Shown one piece after another: positions 19,612 through 29,012 of a stretch of 64,000 nt of DNA. The notes beneath the pieces were generated by a model that did no database searches, had not been told where the DNA came from, and saw nothing but the letters and a program-made list of their open reading frames with translations. The translations under genes and the position numbers were made by a program. The stretch's first letter is position 1, and every line of letters starts with the position of its first letter. Origin of the DNA: an uncultured Verrucomicrobiae bacterium. GTDB lineage: Bacteria; Verrucomicrobiota; Verrucomicrobiia; Verrucomicrobiales; Akkermansiaceae. Location: assembly GCA_963758175.1 (NCBI GenBank), contig CAVWUI010000010.1, positions 12,627 through 76,626 of the forward strand, written 5' to 3'.

Positions 19612-20366
19612 CTTTCCGGTTGCTTCAGTTTGATGGTTTCAACAGTATCGGAGGCTGCGGGCGCACCTGTGAGAAGGCCGTTGACCTGGTTGCTGGGGAG
19701 GGAGGGGCTGTCCGCACGCAAGGCCTGGCCGGGGATGGAGGCCGACATCAGGCCGTTCCATTCATTCAGGAGAGCCGTCCCTTCGTCGCGTAGGTCGCGC
19801 GTGCGCTGCTGGTAGGAGGTCAGCCGTTCAAGCAAATCTCTCGCCCGCTCGGTTTCCTCCAGAGACCAGCGAAGGTTCCGGCTGCGATATAGAACCGGCA
19901 CATCGACGATGATACGTTTCACATCGCCGGAGGGGAACTCGGCGTCGAGCACATGTTGGATGCGGATGTTCGTTTCCTCGAAGTCGCTGGCAAGGGGGCT
20001 GGCGGGCGGTGTGTCTGCCAGAGGGGAACGGTCGGTTCCCGGAAGTTCGTTTCCATCGGGCACCATGCTTTCCGGAATCTCATCGGGCAGATTACCGTCG
20101 GAACCGGCATTCATCGCCCCTTGGCGGGGAGAAACGGAAGATGTGGCCATGACCACCGGTTTGGTTATATATGCCAGGCAGAAAACGGCTGCGACGAAAG
20201 TGCTGGCGAACAGCAGCCAGGGGTAGACCCTTTGGACAGGGCAGCCCACGGTTCTACGGTTTGCCGCCGAGTAGGAGGACGGATTCGTGTTCAGTGGAAG
20301 AACCGGGATCTTCGCGGGTGTCTGCCTCGCGGAGCCTGAGTATTCCTGGTTTGGGCTTCGGTTCAT
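19608..20366 (-). CDS. Hypothetical bitopic membrane protein (gene 3 of the operon)
   Basis: TM helix YPWLLFASTFVAAVFCLAYI, Pro linker, helical C-terminal domain; ATGA overlap. Confidence 0.75.
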   Translation of the reverse strand: MNRSPNQEYSGSARQTPAKIPVLPLNTNPSSYSAANRRTVGCPVQRVYPWLLFASTFVAAVFCLAYITKPVVMATSSVSPRQGAMNAGSDGNLPDEIPESMVPDGNELPGTDRSPLADTPPASPLASDFEETNIRIQHVLDAEFPSGDVKRIIVDVPVLYRSRNLRWSLEETERARDLLERLTSYQQRTRDLRDEGTALLNEWNGLMSASIPGQALRADSPSLPSNQVNGLLTGAPAASDTVETIKLKQPER

Positions 20367-20811
20367 GGCATTGCGATCGGTTCCCTGTCCATCCGTGTCG
20401 CCGCCACCGCGTAACTGACAATGGTCTGGTCGGACACACCGGGAAAGGCCGTGATGGTGAGCGACTCCTTCGAAAGGCGCAAGTGGCGAAGTGTGCCGCC
20501 GGTCGATGTCATCGCCTGGACGCCTGGCACAACCTCCAGCGCGCCGGAATCCGAGCGCTGGCGTGCGATCCCGTCGGAGCGGTAGATCTCAAAGCTTGTG
20601 TGGGATGCGTCGTCTCCCTCTGGTGACACCCGAATCGTGACCCCGTCCGTGAAAACGTGCAGTGCGAGCGCCTTCATCGGGATCGGAATCATCTCCGAGC
20701 CGGTAAGCTTGTAGTGTGCCCGGAGGAGAAAATCGCCAACATGCCTGAACTCCGCGGCTCCTGCGAAACCGCAACACAGAAGATGGCGATGATGTAAACG
20801 GATTGTTTCAT
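20363..20811 (-). CDS. Hypothetical secreted protein, frameshift in the signal peptide at about 20775 (gene 2 of the operon)
   Basis: ATG at 20811 overlaps the pilin stop and reads MKQSVYIIAIF, continuing in another frame as CGFAGAAEFRHVGD... Confidence 0.6.
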
Positions 20812-21207
20812 TTTCCCACATCCCAGAGTGAATCGTTAGGTGAGCCGGACGGATCGTAATTGCCGCCCGCGCCGTCGTCGATATTCGGCGGGGAGGCGTT
20901 CACCCGGATGGCGAGAGTGGTATCCTCAAGGGATTTCACTGAAGGAATCGCGGTCGCGCGGCTGGAAAGGTAGGGGATGATCTTCGCGGAGGTAAGGGTG
21001 CTGACCGTCGTGGTCGGATTGTCAGCCAGATACATGCGCTGAGCCGAGTAAACGGTGCGCAGATCCTCCGAAGCGGTGCCGCCCAAGCTGCCAGTTTCCG
21101 AACTGTCTCGAAGCGAACAGGCCGATACCGAGAAGCGACATCATGACCATGATCACCACGGTCATCTCAAGCAAGGTGAAGCCGTTTTTCCCCGCGATGC
21201 GATTCAT
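20808..21207 (-). CDS. Type IV pilin / T2SS pseudopilin-like protein, frameshift at about 21080
   Basis: Class III signal KNG^FTLLEMTVVIMVM (G-1, F+1, E+5); removing one G gives WQLGRTASEDLRTVYSAQRMYL. Confidence 0.85.
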
Positions 21208-21275
21208 GGGAAAGAGAATCCCAAGTTAACTGATGGTCTTGAAAAGCGTGAAATCAGTGTTCCTGAAATTTCGGG

Positions 21276-22257
21276 TCAGGGATTCTCGAAAAGGATCTTT
21301 CCGTTCCTGCCTGGCTCTTCGAGTCGGGAAAGGGCAGCGCGATAATCCTCCAAGGCGAAGGTGGAATCCACTTTCTGGCGCAACGATCCCTGAATAATAC
21401 GCTCCGCGAGTGGGAGGTAGGTATCTGCCAGCTCCTCGCTTGGTCGTCCTCTCCATCCATTCGTTACCCAAAGTCCGCGCACGCGTGTGTCGTTGAAAAT
21501 CAGGGGGCCGTTGGGGACGGTAAGAGGTTTCCGTCCCATCGCGCCGTAGGTGATGTGGGTGCCCCCTTCTACAAGCAGTTTCATCAGCCGAAGGGCACTG
21601 TCTCCCCCGACCGCGTTGAACGCCAGTTGCGCACGATCCTTTCCCAGGGTCTCTTTCGCAGAAGTATAATCCCGTGGAGTCGTCGGTGAAGACATGGGTC
21701 GCACCCAGAGAGGTAGCTCGACGGCGAGACTTTCGTTTCTCAGAAAACACATGGTGCGGATGCCAAGGCTGGCCGCAAGCTGGATCACGCATTGGCCGAC
21801 ACCGGAGTTCGAGGCGTTCAGAGCAACCCAGTCACCTTCCTGCAGTCTGGCGAATTGATGGAGCAGCAGCCAGGCGGTCGCCGGATTCACTTTAAGCATC
21901 GCTGCTTGGAGGGGATCGATTTCGTCCGGGACGCGGATCAGAGTGTCCGCACTGGTGACCGCATGGGTTGCCCAGGCATCGATTTTTCCCAGAGTGATCA
22001 CGGAATTCCCCTCGGAAAATTTCTCAGAGCGGCTTTCCGCAACGGTTGCGAAGCATTCCATTCCGGCCGACCGCGGGCAGCACGGGCTTTTTCCCGTAGG
22101 TGCCTTCGATGTAATTCAGATCGGCGGGATTCAGCGGAGAGGCGTGGATTTTCAGAAGAATCTCGTCACGTACGATCGGCGGTGTTTCGAACTCTTCGAG
22201 TCTGAGGACATCGGCGGGGTTTCCATGGGTTTCGAAGGAAAGTCTTTGGGATCTCAT
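21276..22257 (-). CDS. Zn-free MDR oxidoreductase (trans-2-enoyl thioester reductase, MECR-like), several frameshifts
   Basis: SPLNPADLNYIEGTYG, AAMLKVNPATAW, NASNSGVGQ, AFNAVGG, ITYGAM; indels at about 22062, 21670-21710 and 21445-21465. Confidence 0.85.
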
Positions 22258-22314
22258 GGCTGGATTGTTGTTTTTGCTTGGCGGAGAGATTCTGCAAAGG
22301 CTATTCTGCCCGCA

Positions 22315-22416
22315 ATGACACGTTCTTCCATAGAAGTTTCCATCAAAATCTTTCTCGTAGCACTGATCGTGGTGTTCATCTGGACGGTCGTGCAGGTGGC
22401 GGGAATGTTCTTCTGA
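22315..22416 (+). CDS. 33-aa single-TM small protein
   Basis: MTRSSIEVSIKIFLVALIVVFIWTVVQVAGMFF; TTGGCG-18-TATTCT ends 7 nt before the ATG. Confidence 0.55.
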   Translation: MTRSSIEVSIKIFLVALIVVFIWTVVQVAGMFF

Positions 22417-22462
22417 CGCTCCGGCGGAGATTCGGGATCCGGATCGCATTTTGGTATCGCGG

Positions 22463-22477
22463 CGGCACGCTCCCTGC
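22463..22477 (+). promoter_or_regulatory. Candidate sigma54 -24/-12 promoter upstream of the malate-synthase-like gene
   Basis: CGGCACG-CTCC-CTGC with correct GG-N10-GC spacing; 2 mismatches to TGGCACG-N4-TTGC. Confidence 0.45.
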
Positions 22478-22480
22478 AGG

Positions 22481-24519
22481 ATGATGGTTACGACAGTGAC
22501 AAGCAATCCAGAAATTCCCGCCTATCTCCGTTTTATCCCAGCCGCCCTTCTGGAGAAACTCGATGCGGAGGCCGTTCCCGTCCCGAGCATCGAAGGTCTG
22601 CGGGTTGCCGCAGGGCTGAGAGAGGCGTTTCCTATCATCGAGACCGACGACGCCCTGCGATTCGTCGTTTCACCTTTATGATGGGGTGAAAGGCGAACTC
22701 AACCGCGTGCTGGGGAAACGGGTGGCGGATCGGGCTTTCATGGATGCGGAAACGCTCGCCTGCGTTCGGGCAAACGGGAATATCGCTTACGATTCGCCGC
22801 ATTATGAGACGGTGATCGGGAAGAAGGATGCCGCCGGAAGGATCGTGATCGGGCCGTTGCTGACCGACCTTGGTGGAATCCGGAGCCAGTGAGCATTCCC
22901 GCTTTTCTCGAGGGCGACCAGGTGACTCTTTTCGGCCACCGGACACGGCGAAGATGTCTATCAACGCGATGAATGCGTTCAACCGTGTGAGTCCGGACGA
23001 ACCCGTCATCGTGACGGAGCTGGCGGAGGCAGCCGGGCAAGTTCCGCGCTGGGGTGCCGACAACGAGGATTCCAAAACGCCCATCATGGCGGATTTCCTC
23101 AGTGCGTGTGAGAATCTCGTCGGTTGTTTCGACGGGACGATCCGCTTCGAGGAGGCCGGGCGGGAAAGTTTACCAACTGGACGAAACAGGACTCTCGAAA
23201 CCAATCAAACGCATTCCCGGGCTGGCTCTTCCGGATGGCACGCACCTCCTCGATGGTAACCCTCTGCCTTTGCACCTCTTTGATTTTGCCATGCACCTGT
23301 GGCACAATCGGACGCGGAAGGAAGCGCTCGTCTTCTATGTGCCCGAAGCTGGAGAACGAGGAAGAGGCCGCCTATCTGAAGTTTCTCATCGACAGTGCGG
23401 AAGCGATGATCAGGGAGGTCGAGCCAGCCTATCAGCCGGGCACTATCAAGCTTTTCATCGTTTTCGAGAACCCGCGCGCCATCTTCCGCATCCGCGAGAT
23501 TGCCGGGACCCTGCGCCCGCATTTCCTCGGCGGCAGCCTTGGCTGGCACGATTTCCTCGCATCCGCAGCCCGGCTTTTCAAGCACGATCCCAATTATCGC
23601 ATCCCCGTGAAGGCGGATCCGAACATCGTGATCAACCACATCCGCGAGTCTCACAGGATCCTCGTGAACGCACTGGCTCCGATGGATGCGATCCGTATCG
23701 GCGGCATGTATGGCGTGCTTTACGAGGAGGGAAATCCGCAGTCCTACGAGGTCTGCATGGTCGGTTACGTCCGCGACGTCACCACCCAGCTTCAAGCGCG
23801 GGACTGAATGGATTCTGGGTCGCCCATCCGGCTTTTGTCAGGATTGGCCTGGCTATGGTGGAGGCCTGGCGAAGGGGGGAGGAATCCGTCGCGGAACTTG
23901 TGAAAGCCCTCGTCCCCGATCCTGTGGAGCATGTTCCTCTCCTGGATTTTGTTTTCGCCGCAGACGCAAAAGGACTGGATCAGGACGATCCCCGCTACCT
24001 CCGCAGCGTGCTTGCCGCCACGGTCGGAGTCTCGGATGTGATCGCGAACGATGACCCCGACGAAGTCCGCTACAACGTTTTCCAAGCCCTCCAGTATATC
24101 TGCGACTGGCTCTGCGGAAACGGCTGCGTCGCTCTCCCGGCGACGATGAAAAATGCCAAAGGTGAGACCGTCTTCGTCCGCGTGATGGATGACCTCGCCA
24201 CCACCGAGCGCTCTCGCTGGGAGCTGTGGGCGGAAGTGAACCACGGCCGGGTTTCCGCCGAGCCTGTTTGAGAAAATTCTCGCGGAGGAACTCGCGTTCC
24301 TGAGAGAAGGGGAGGACTCTGACAACAAGCGCATACAGGTGAGATGGAAAGGCGATGCCGAGAAGTGGTATCCTGTCGCCAGGCGAAATCCTCCGCCGCC
24401 TCGTCACCGATCCGGAGCCTGTCGAGTTCGCGACCGAACTGATGCTGCCCTTCACCTTCGGCATCATCCGGGAAACGGAAGATCCGCTCGCAACCGCCAG
24501 ATCAATCGGCGCATTCTGA
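22481..24519 (+). CDS. Malate synthase-like protein, broken by about 7 indels (start possibly GTG 22496)
   Basis: Fragments FYVPKLENEEEA, IVFENP, GWHDFLAS, GFWVAHP, LCGNGCV and VMDDLATTERSRWELW match the malate synthase motifs PKxE, DGTWVAHP and MEDxATAEISR. Confidence 0.75.
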
Positions 24520-24543
24520 TTTCAAGCCGAACTATTCAAACCA

Positions 24544-24876
24544 ATGAACTGGATACTTGTCACCTATCTCCTTGTTCTCGTTTATCTAGCGACACACAAA
24601 GATAGATTTCCGGTGGCAGTGTCCTTGAAACCGGTATGGATCACGTTCTGCCTGATCCCGATTTCGCGTTTTTTCTTCGCTGCCGTCGCTGCTGGAAACA
24701 CAGACTCGACTCATGACCTCGCTCTCGTTCAAATCTGGGAAAACGGATTCGAATGGTTGTTGCTGGGTATCAGTTTCTACTATCTTACACCACTCTTTGA
24801 ACGGCATGAAAATACCAGACCACTCAAAGGGAATGGAAAGATTTCTGGAATGCCGGGTCGGAGCGATCCGGGATGA
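24544..24876 (+). CDS. Hypothetical small membrane protein (about 3 TM helices)
   Basis: Three hydrophobic segments; C/A-rich start context (caaaccaATG); AT-richer DNA. Confidence 0.6.
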   Translation: MNWILVTYLLVLVYLATHKDRFPVAVSLKPVWITFCLIPISRFFFAAVAAGNTDSTHDLALVQIWENGFEWLLLGISFYYLTPLFERHENTRPLKGNGKISGMPGRSDPG

Positions 24877-25156
24877 TGCAAAGTCTGCCGCCGTGTAGAA
24901 TTTCGAAAGATGAAGGCCACTGTTTGCGGAAACATAGGAATTGCACTTACGGGCATTGGTGTAGAAACCACGCTAGGTTCAATATACCTGTTTATCGCAA
25001 CTCTCGGAGGAATCCGGATGGATGATGCGTATGCCCAGGGAACTCTTCTGATCGGATTCAGCTTTCTTCATATTGTGAGCCCGTCGAAGGAGGCCTGTCA
25101 CTGGCGGATTGCTCTCATGCGATCTCTCGCAGTCACCCGCTTTGATTCTTGCAGAC

Positions 25157-25171
25157 TGGCACGGGGATTGC
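25157..25171 (+). promoter_or_regulatory. sigma54 (RpoN) -24/-12 promoter
   Basis: Exact consensus TGGCACG-GGGA-TTGC, ending 13 nt before ATG 25185. Confidence 0.75.
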
Positions 25172-25184
25172 CAACGTCCACCGC

Positions 25185-26864
25185 ATGACAAGAACTTTGC
25201 CGTGGCTTTCCGTAGTCCTCTTTTTATTCGCGGGCTTCGGCAGACTCCAGGGACAGGACGTCGAGCCGGAAACCCCGGTGCCGGTGGAGGCGACCGCTGA
25301 GGTGGATGGCGCGACACCTGCCGCGAAAACCATCGACGAAAGGATTGACGGAGCCTTCGCGAAATCCACCGGGTGGTTCGTCAGCGGGATTTTCTCCTCC
25401 ATCCCCATCGCCGGATACGATGTGCTCTGGATCGTGTTATGGCTCGCCCTCGCCGGAGTGGTTCTCACCCTGGCTTTCGGCTTTATCAATATACGCGCGT
25501 TTCCCCTGGCGGTGAGAACCCTGAAAGGGAAATACAGTGACGAGACGGATGCCGGGGAGATCACACATTTCCAGGCGCTGGCTACTGCGGTTTCCGGGAC
25601 AGTGGGTCTCGGGAACATCGCGGGTGTCGCAATAGGGATCTCGATGGCGGGGCCGGGTGTGGCGTTCTGGCTGTTCCTGAGCGGCTTTCTCGGGATGGCC
25701 ACCAAGTTCGCGGAGTGCACGCTGGGGATGAAATACCGCGAGTTTGACAAGAACGGACGTATCCATGGCGGCGGCATGCAGTATCTGCGAAAGGGATTCG
25801 CGGAAAGAGGCATGAAGCCCGTGGGTGTGGTGCTTGCAATCCTGTTCGCGATCTTCTGTGTTTTCGCCTCCTTCGGTGGAGGGAATGTCTTCCAGATCAA
25901 CCAGGCGACCGCGCAGTTGCTCAATGTTACCGGCGGGGAGGCTAGTTTCTTCGCGGACAAGCAGTGGATTTTCGGACTCATCGTCGCGATCGTCACCGGG
26001 CTGGTGATCATAGGGGGCATTCATAGTATCGCCAGGGTGACTTCGCGGCTCGTGCCGCTCATGTGCGTGGTCTACGTGGTCAGCGCGGCCATTGTCCTGG
26101 TGGTGAACTTCGAGCATATTCCCATCGCCCTCTACGAGATCGTGACCGAGGCCTTCACCCCGCGCGCCGCGGTGGGCGGCGGGATTCTCGCGGCCTTCAT
26201 CTGGGGCATGCGCCGGGCGACCTTTTCCAACGAGGCCGGCATAGGCTCCGCTCCTATCGCGCACTCGGCGGCGAAATCCCGCATGCCAGCCAGCGAGGGG
26301 ATCGTCGCGCTCCTGGAACCTTTCATCGATACCGTGGTGGTCTGCACAATGACCTCTCTGGTGCTGGTTACGACGATGAACTTCGACAATGACTCGGGCA
26401 ATTTCCTTATCAACGGCCAGGCTTTCGAAATAGGCGGGGAGGGGAACAACAGCACGGCGTTCGGCATAGGGCTGACCTCCGCCTCCTTCGAGACGGTTCA
26501 CTCCGGATTCAAGTATGTCCTATTTCTCTGCGTCCTTCTTTTCGCTTTCTCAACACTCATCACCTGGAGCTACTACGGTCTGCAGGCATGGCAGTTCCTT
26601 TTCGGGAAAAACGCCTTCGTCGCCCTGGTTTACAAGGTGGTCTTCTGCCTGATCATCGTCGCTGGAGCGGCCGCCTCCATGTCCAGCGCGATCGACTTCT
26701 CGGATGCCTCGCTGTTCGCCATGAGCATCCCGAACCTCATCGGCGTCTATGTGCTGATCCCGGTCGTCTCCCGCGAGCTTAGAAAATACCAGGCATACGC
26801 CAGGCACGTGGACGCCGGGGACACGCTCGACGAGGCGGAAGCGAAAGTCTCCGCCGAAGGATGA
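25185..26864 (+). CDS. Alanine/glycine:cation symporter (AGCS family) with an N-terminal extension
   Basis: FQALATAVSGTVGLGNIAGVA, GGPG-like AGPGVAFW, KFAECTLG, FSNEAGIGS, FIDTVVVC, FAFSTLITWSYYG. Confidence 0.95.
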   Translation: MTRTLPWLSVVLFLFAGFGRLQGQDVEPETPVPVEATAEVDGATPAAKTIDERIDGAFAKSTGWFVSGIFSSIPIAGYDVLWIVLWLALAGVVLTLAFGFINIRAFPLAVRTLKGKYSDETDAGEITHFQALATAVSGTVGLGNIAGVAIGISMAGPGVAFWLFLSGFLGMATKFAECTLGMKYREFDKNGRIHGGGMQYLRKGFAERGMKPVGVVLAILFAIFCVFASFGGGNVFQINQATAQLLNVTGGEASFFADKQWIFGLIVAIVTGLVIIGGIHSIARVTSRLVPLMCVVYVVSAAIVLVVNFEHIPIALYEIVTEAFTPRAAVGGGILAAFIWGMRRATFSNEAGIGSAPIAHSAAKSRMPASEGIVALLEPFIDTVVVCTMTSLVLVTTMNFDNDSGNFLINGQAFEIGGEGNNSTAFGIGLTSASFETVHSGFKYVLFLCVLLFAFSTLITWSYYGLQAWQFLFGKNAFVALVYKVVFCLIIVAGAAASMSSAIDFSDASLFAMSIPNLIGVYVLIPVVSRELRKYQAYARHVDAGDTLDEAEAKVSAEG

Positions 26865-26906
26865 AGTTGGACGTTTCCCGAAACGCATGGAAAGCTGCGG
26901 CGGTAA

Positions 26907-28949
26907 ATGGCGCGTGAATACAAGATCCTCCGGTCGAAGCCTGTCTCGGCTTCCGGCATAGATTATGGAAAGGAGCTGAACACGGAGCAGCTCGCGGCGG
27001 TGACATCCCCCCCCGGCAAGGCTCTGGTCATCGCCGGTGCCGGATCGGGGAAAACCCGAACCCTCACCTACCGCGTCTCGTGGCTGCTGGATCAGCAGGA
27101 GAACGCGCGCAACATCCTATTGCTCACTTTCACCAACAAGTCGGCGCGCGAAATGGTGGAGCGCGTCCGCTCCCTCGTTCCCGGTGATGTCTCCGATCTC
27201 TGGGCCGGCACCTTCCACTCCATCTGCAACCGAATCCTCCGCCGTCACGCCGAGGAAATCGGCTTCACGAAATCCTTCTCCATCCTCGACCGGGACGATC
27301 AGAAGTCCCTCATGAGCGCCGTTGTCGCATCCAGCGGTATCGATACGAAACAGCGCCGTTTCCCCAAACCCGACGTCCTCATCTCCATGTTCAGTCTGAT
27401 GGTGAACACCGGGGCCACCCTAGAGGAAGTCCTCCGCACGCGCTATCCCTACTTCGGTGAATGGGTGGAGGAGCTGGAAAAGATCCGCGCCGGTTACGGG
27501 AAGAAGAAGCGCGATACCAATTCCCTCGATTTCGACGACATGCTCAGCCTCACCGTCGATCTTTTCAAGGAGCACCCCGAAGTTCTCCAGATCTACCAAG
27601 GCCGTTTCCGCCACATCCTGGTCGATGAGTATCAGGATACAAACTCCCTCCAGAGCGAACTCATCGACCTCCTCGCCGGCTCCTCCAACAGCCTCATGGC
27701 AGTCGGCGACGACTCCCAGTCGATCTACTCCTGGCGCGGTGCCGAGGTCGATCACATCCTGAATTTCAAGGAACGCTATCCGGACTCCACCATCCACACC
27801 ATCGAGACGAACTACCGCAGTGTCCCGGAAATCCTCGATCTCTCCAACGCCGCCATCTCCGCGAACAAGATGCGTTTCGAGAAGAACCTCCGCTCCTCTC
27901 GCGCCGAGGTCGGGGCGAAGCCGGCTCTCGTCGCCCTTGAAGACCCAGCCACCCAGGCATCCTTCGTCGCCCAGCGCATGCTGGAGCTCCGCGACGAGGA
28001 GGGGATCGAACTCGAGGAGATGGCAGTCCTCTACCGCGCCCATTTCCAGAGCCTGGAAATCCAGATGGAGCTTACCCGCCGCGGAATCCCCTTCGCCATC
28101 ACCAGCGGTCTCCGCTTTTTCGAACAAGCCCACATCAAGGACGTCGCCGCTTTCCTCCGTTTCGTGACGAACCGCAAGGACGAGGTAAGCTTCAAGCGCA
28201 TGGTTCAGATGATGCCCGGCTGCGGCCCCGGCACCTCGGAAAAGCTCTGGCAGAAATGGCTGCGCGATCCAGCCTCAGGAAACGAGGAGCCCCCAGACAA
28301 ATGGTCGGAAATCTTCCTCCGCTATCCCGTTCCGAAAAAATCCGCCAAGCACTGGGAGCAGTTCTGCTACACAATGGACGAGCTGAGCCCCGGTGGAGCC
28401 TTCGTCCCCCCTTCGGACATGATTTTCAGCGTCCTCGAAGGCGTTTACGACGATTACCTCAAGGACAGCTTCGAAAACTACGAATCCCGTCGCGCCGATA
28501 TCGAACAACTCATCCAATACGGAGGCAACTTCGAGGATGTCCTGGAATTTCTCTCCCAACTCTCCCTCATGAGCACCACCGACGGCGAACCCACCGGTGA
28601 CAAGGCGGAACTCGACGACGACAAGGTCACTCTTTCCTCCATCCACCAGGCGAAAGGCCTCGAGTGGAAAGCCGTCTTCCTCATCTGGCTCGTCGACGGG
28701 CAGTTCCCCAACGGCCGCATCCTCGAGGCTGATGACGAAGCCTCTTTCGAGGAGGAAAGGCGCCTCTTCTATGTAGCCCTCACCCGCGCCAAGGACGAAC
28801 TGTACCTCACCTATCCGATGCTCAATCCCAAGAGCTACACCGGCGACATCCTTTGCCGCCCCTCCCGTTTCCTCGATGATTTCCCCAAGGAAATGGTGGA
28901 AACCTGGAATGTCGGCAACGAATGGGCTAGCGATGACGATCCGTTCTAG
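26907..28949 (+). CDS. UvrD/PcrA-type SF1 DNA helicase
   Basis: AGAGSGKT, TFTNK, GTFHS, VDEYQD, VGDDSQSIYSWRGA, NYRS, HQAKGLEW, EEERRLFYVALTRA. Confidence 0.97.
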   Translation: MAREYKILRSKPVSASGIDYGKELNTEQLAAVTSPPGKALVIAGAGSGKTRTLTYRVSWLLDQQENARNILLLTFTNKSAREMVERVRSLVPGDVSDLWAGTFHSICNRILRRHAEEIGFTKSFSILDRDDQKSLMSAVVASSGIDTKQRRFPKPDVLISMFSLMVNTGATLEEVLRTRYPYFGEWVEELEKIRAGYGKKKRDTNSLDFDDMLSLTVDLFKEHPEVLQIYQGRFRHILVDEYQDTNSLQSELIDLLAGSSNSLMAVGDDSQSIYSWRGAEVDHILNFKERYPDSTIHTIETNYRSVPEILDLSNAAISANKMRFEKNLRSSRAEVGAKPALVALEDPATQASFVAQRMLELRDEEGIELEEMAVLYRAHFQSLEIQMELTRRGIPFAITSGLRFFEQAHIKDVAAFLRFVTNRKDEVSFKRMVQMMPGCGPGTSEKLWQKWLRDPASGNEEPPDKWSEIFLRYPVPKKSAKHWEQFCYTMDELSPGGAFVPPSDMIFSVLEGVYDDYLKDSFENYESRRADIEQLIQYGGNFEDVLEFLSQLSLMSTTDGEPTGDKAELDDDKVTLSSIHQAKGLEWKAVFLIWLVDGQFPNGRILEADDEASFEEERRLFYVALTRAKDELYLTYPMLNPKSYTGDILCRPSRFLDDFPKEMVETWNVGNEWASDDDPF

Positions 28950-29012
28950 GATTGCAAAACCTGATGGTGACTTCCTCCGTCGAAAGGAGACCCATCCGGC
29001 CATCGAAAAGAG

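Noticed and set aside
24910-25188. 92-aa ORF upstream of the AGCS gene
   Set aside because: It has no motifs, atypical codons and runs over the sigma54 promoter, so it is not called as a CDS.
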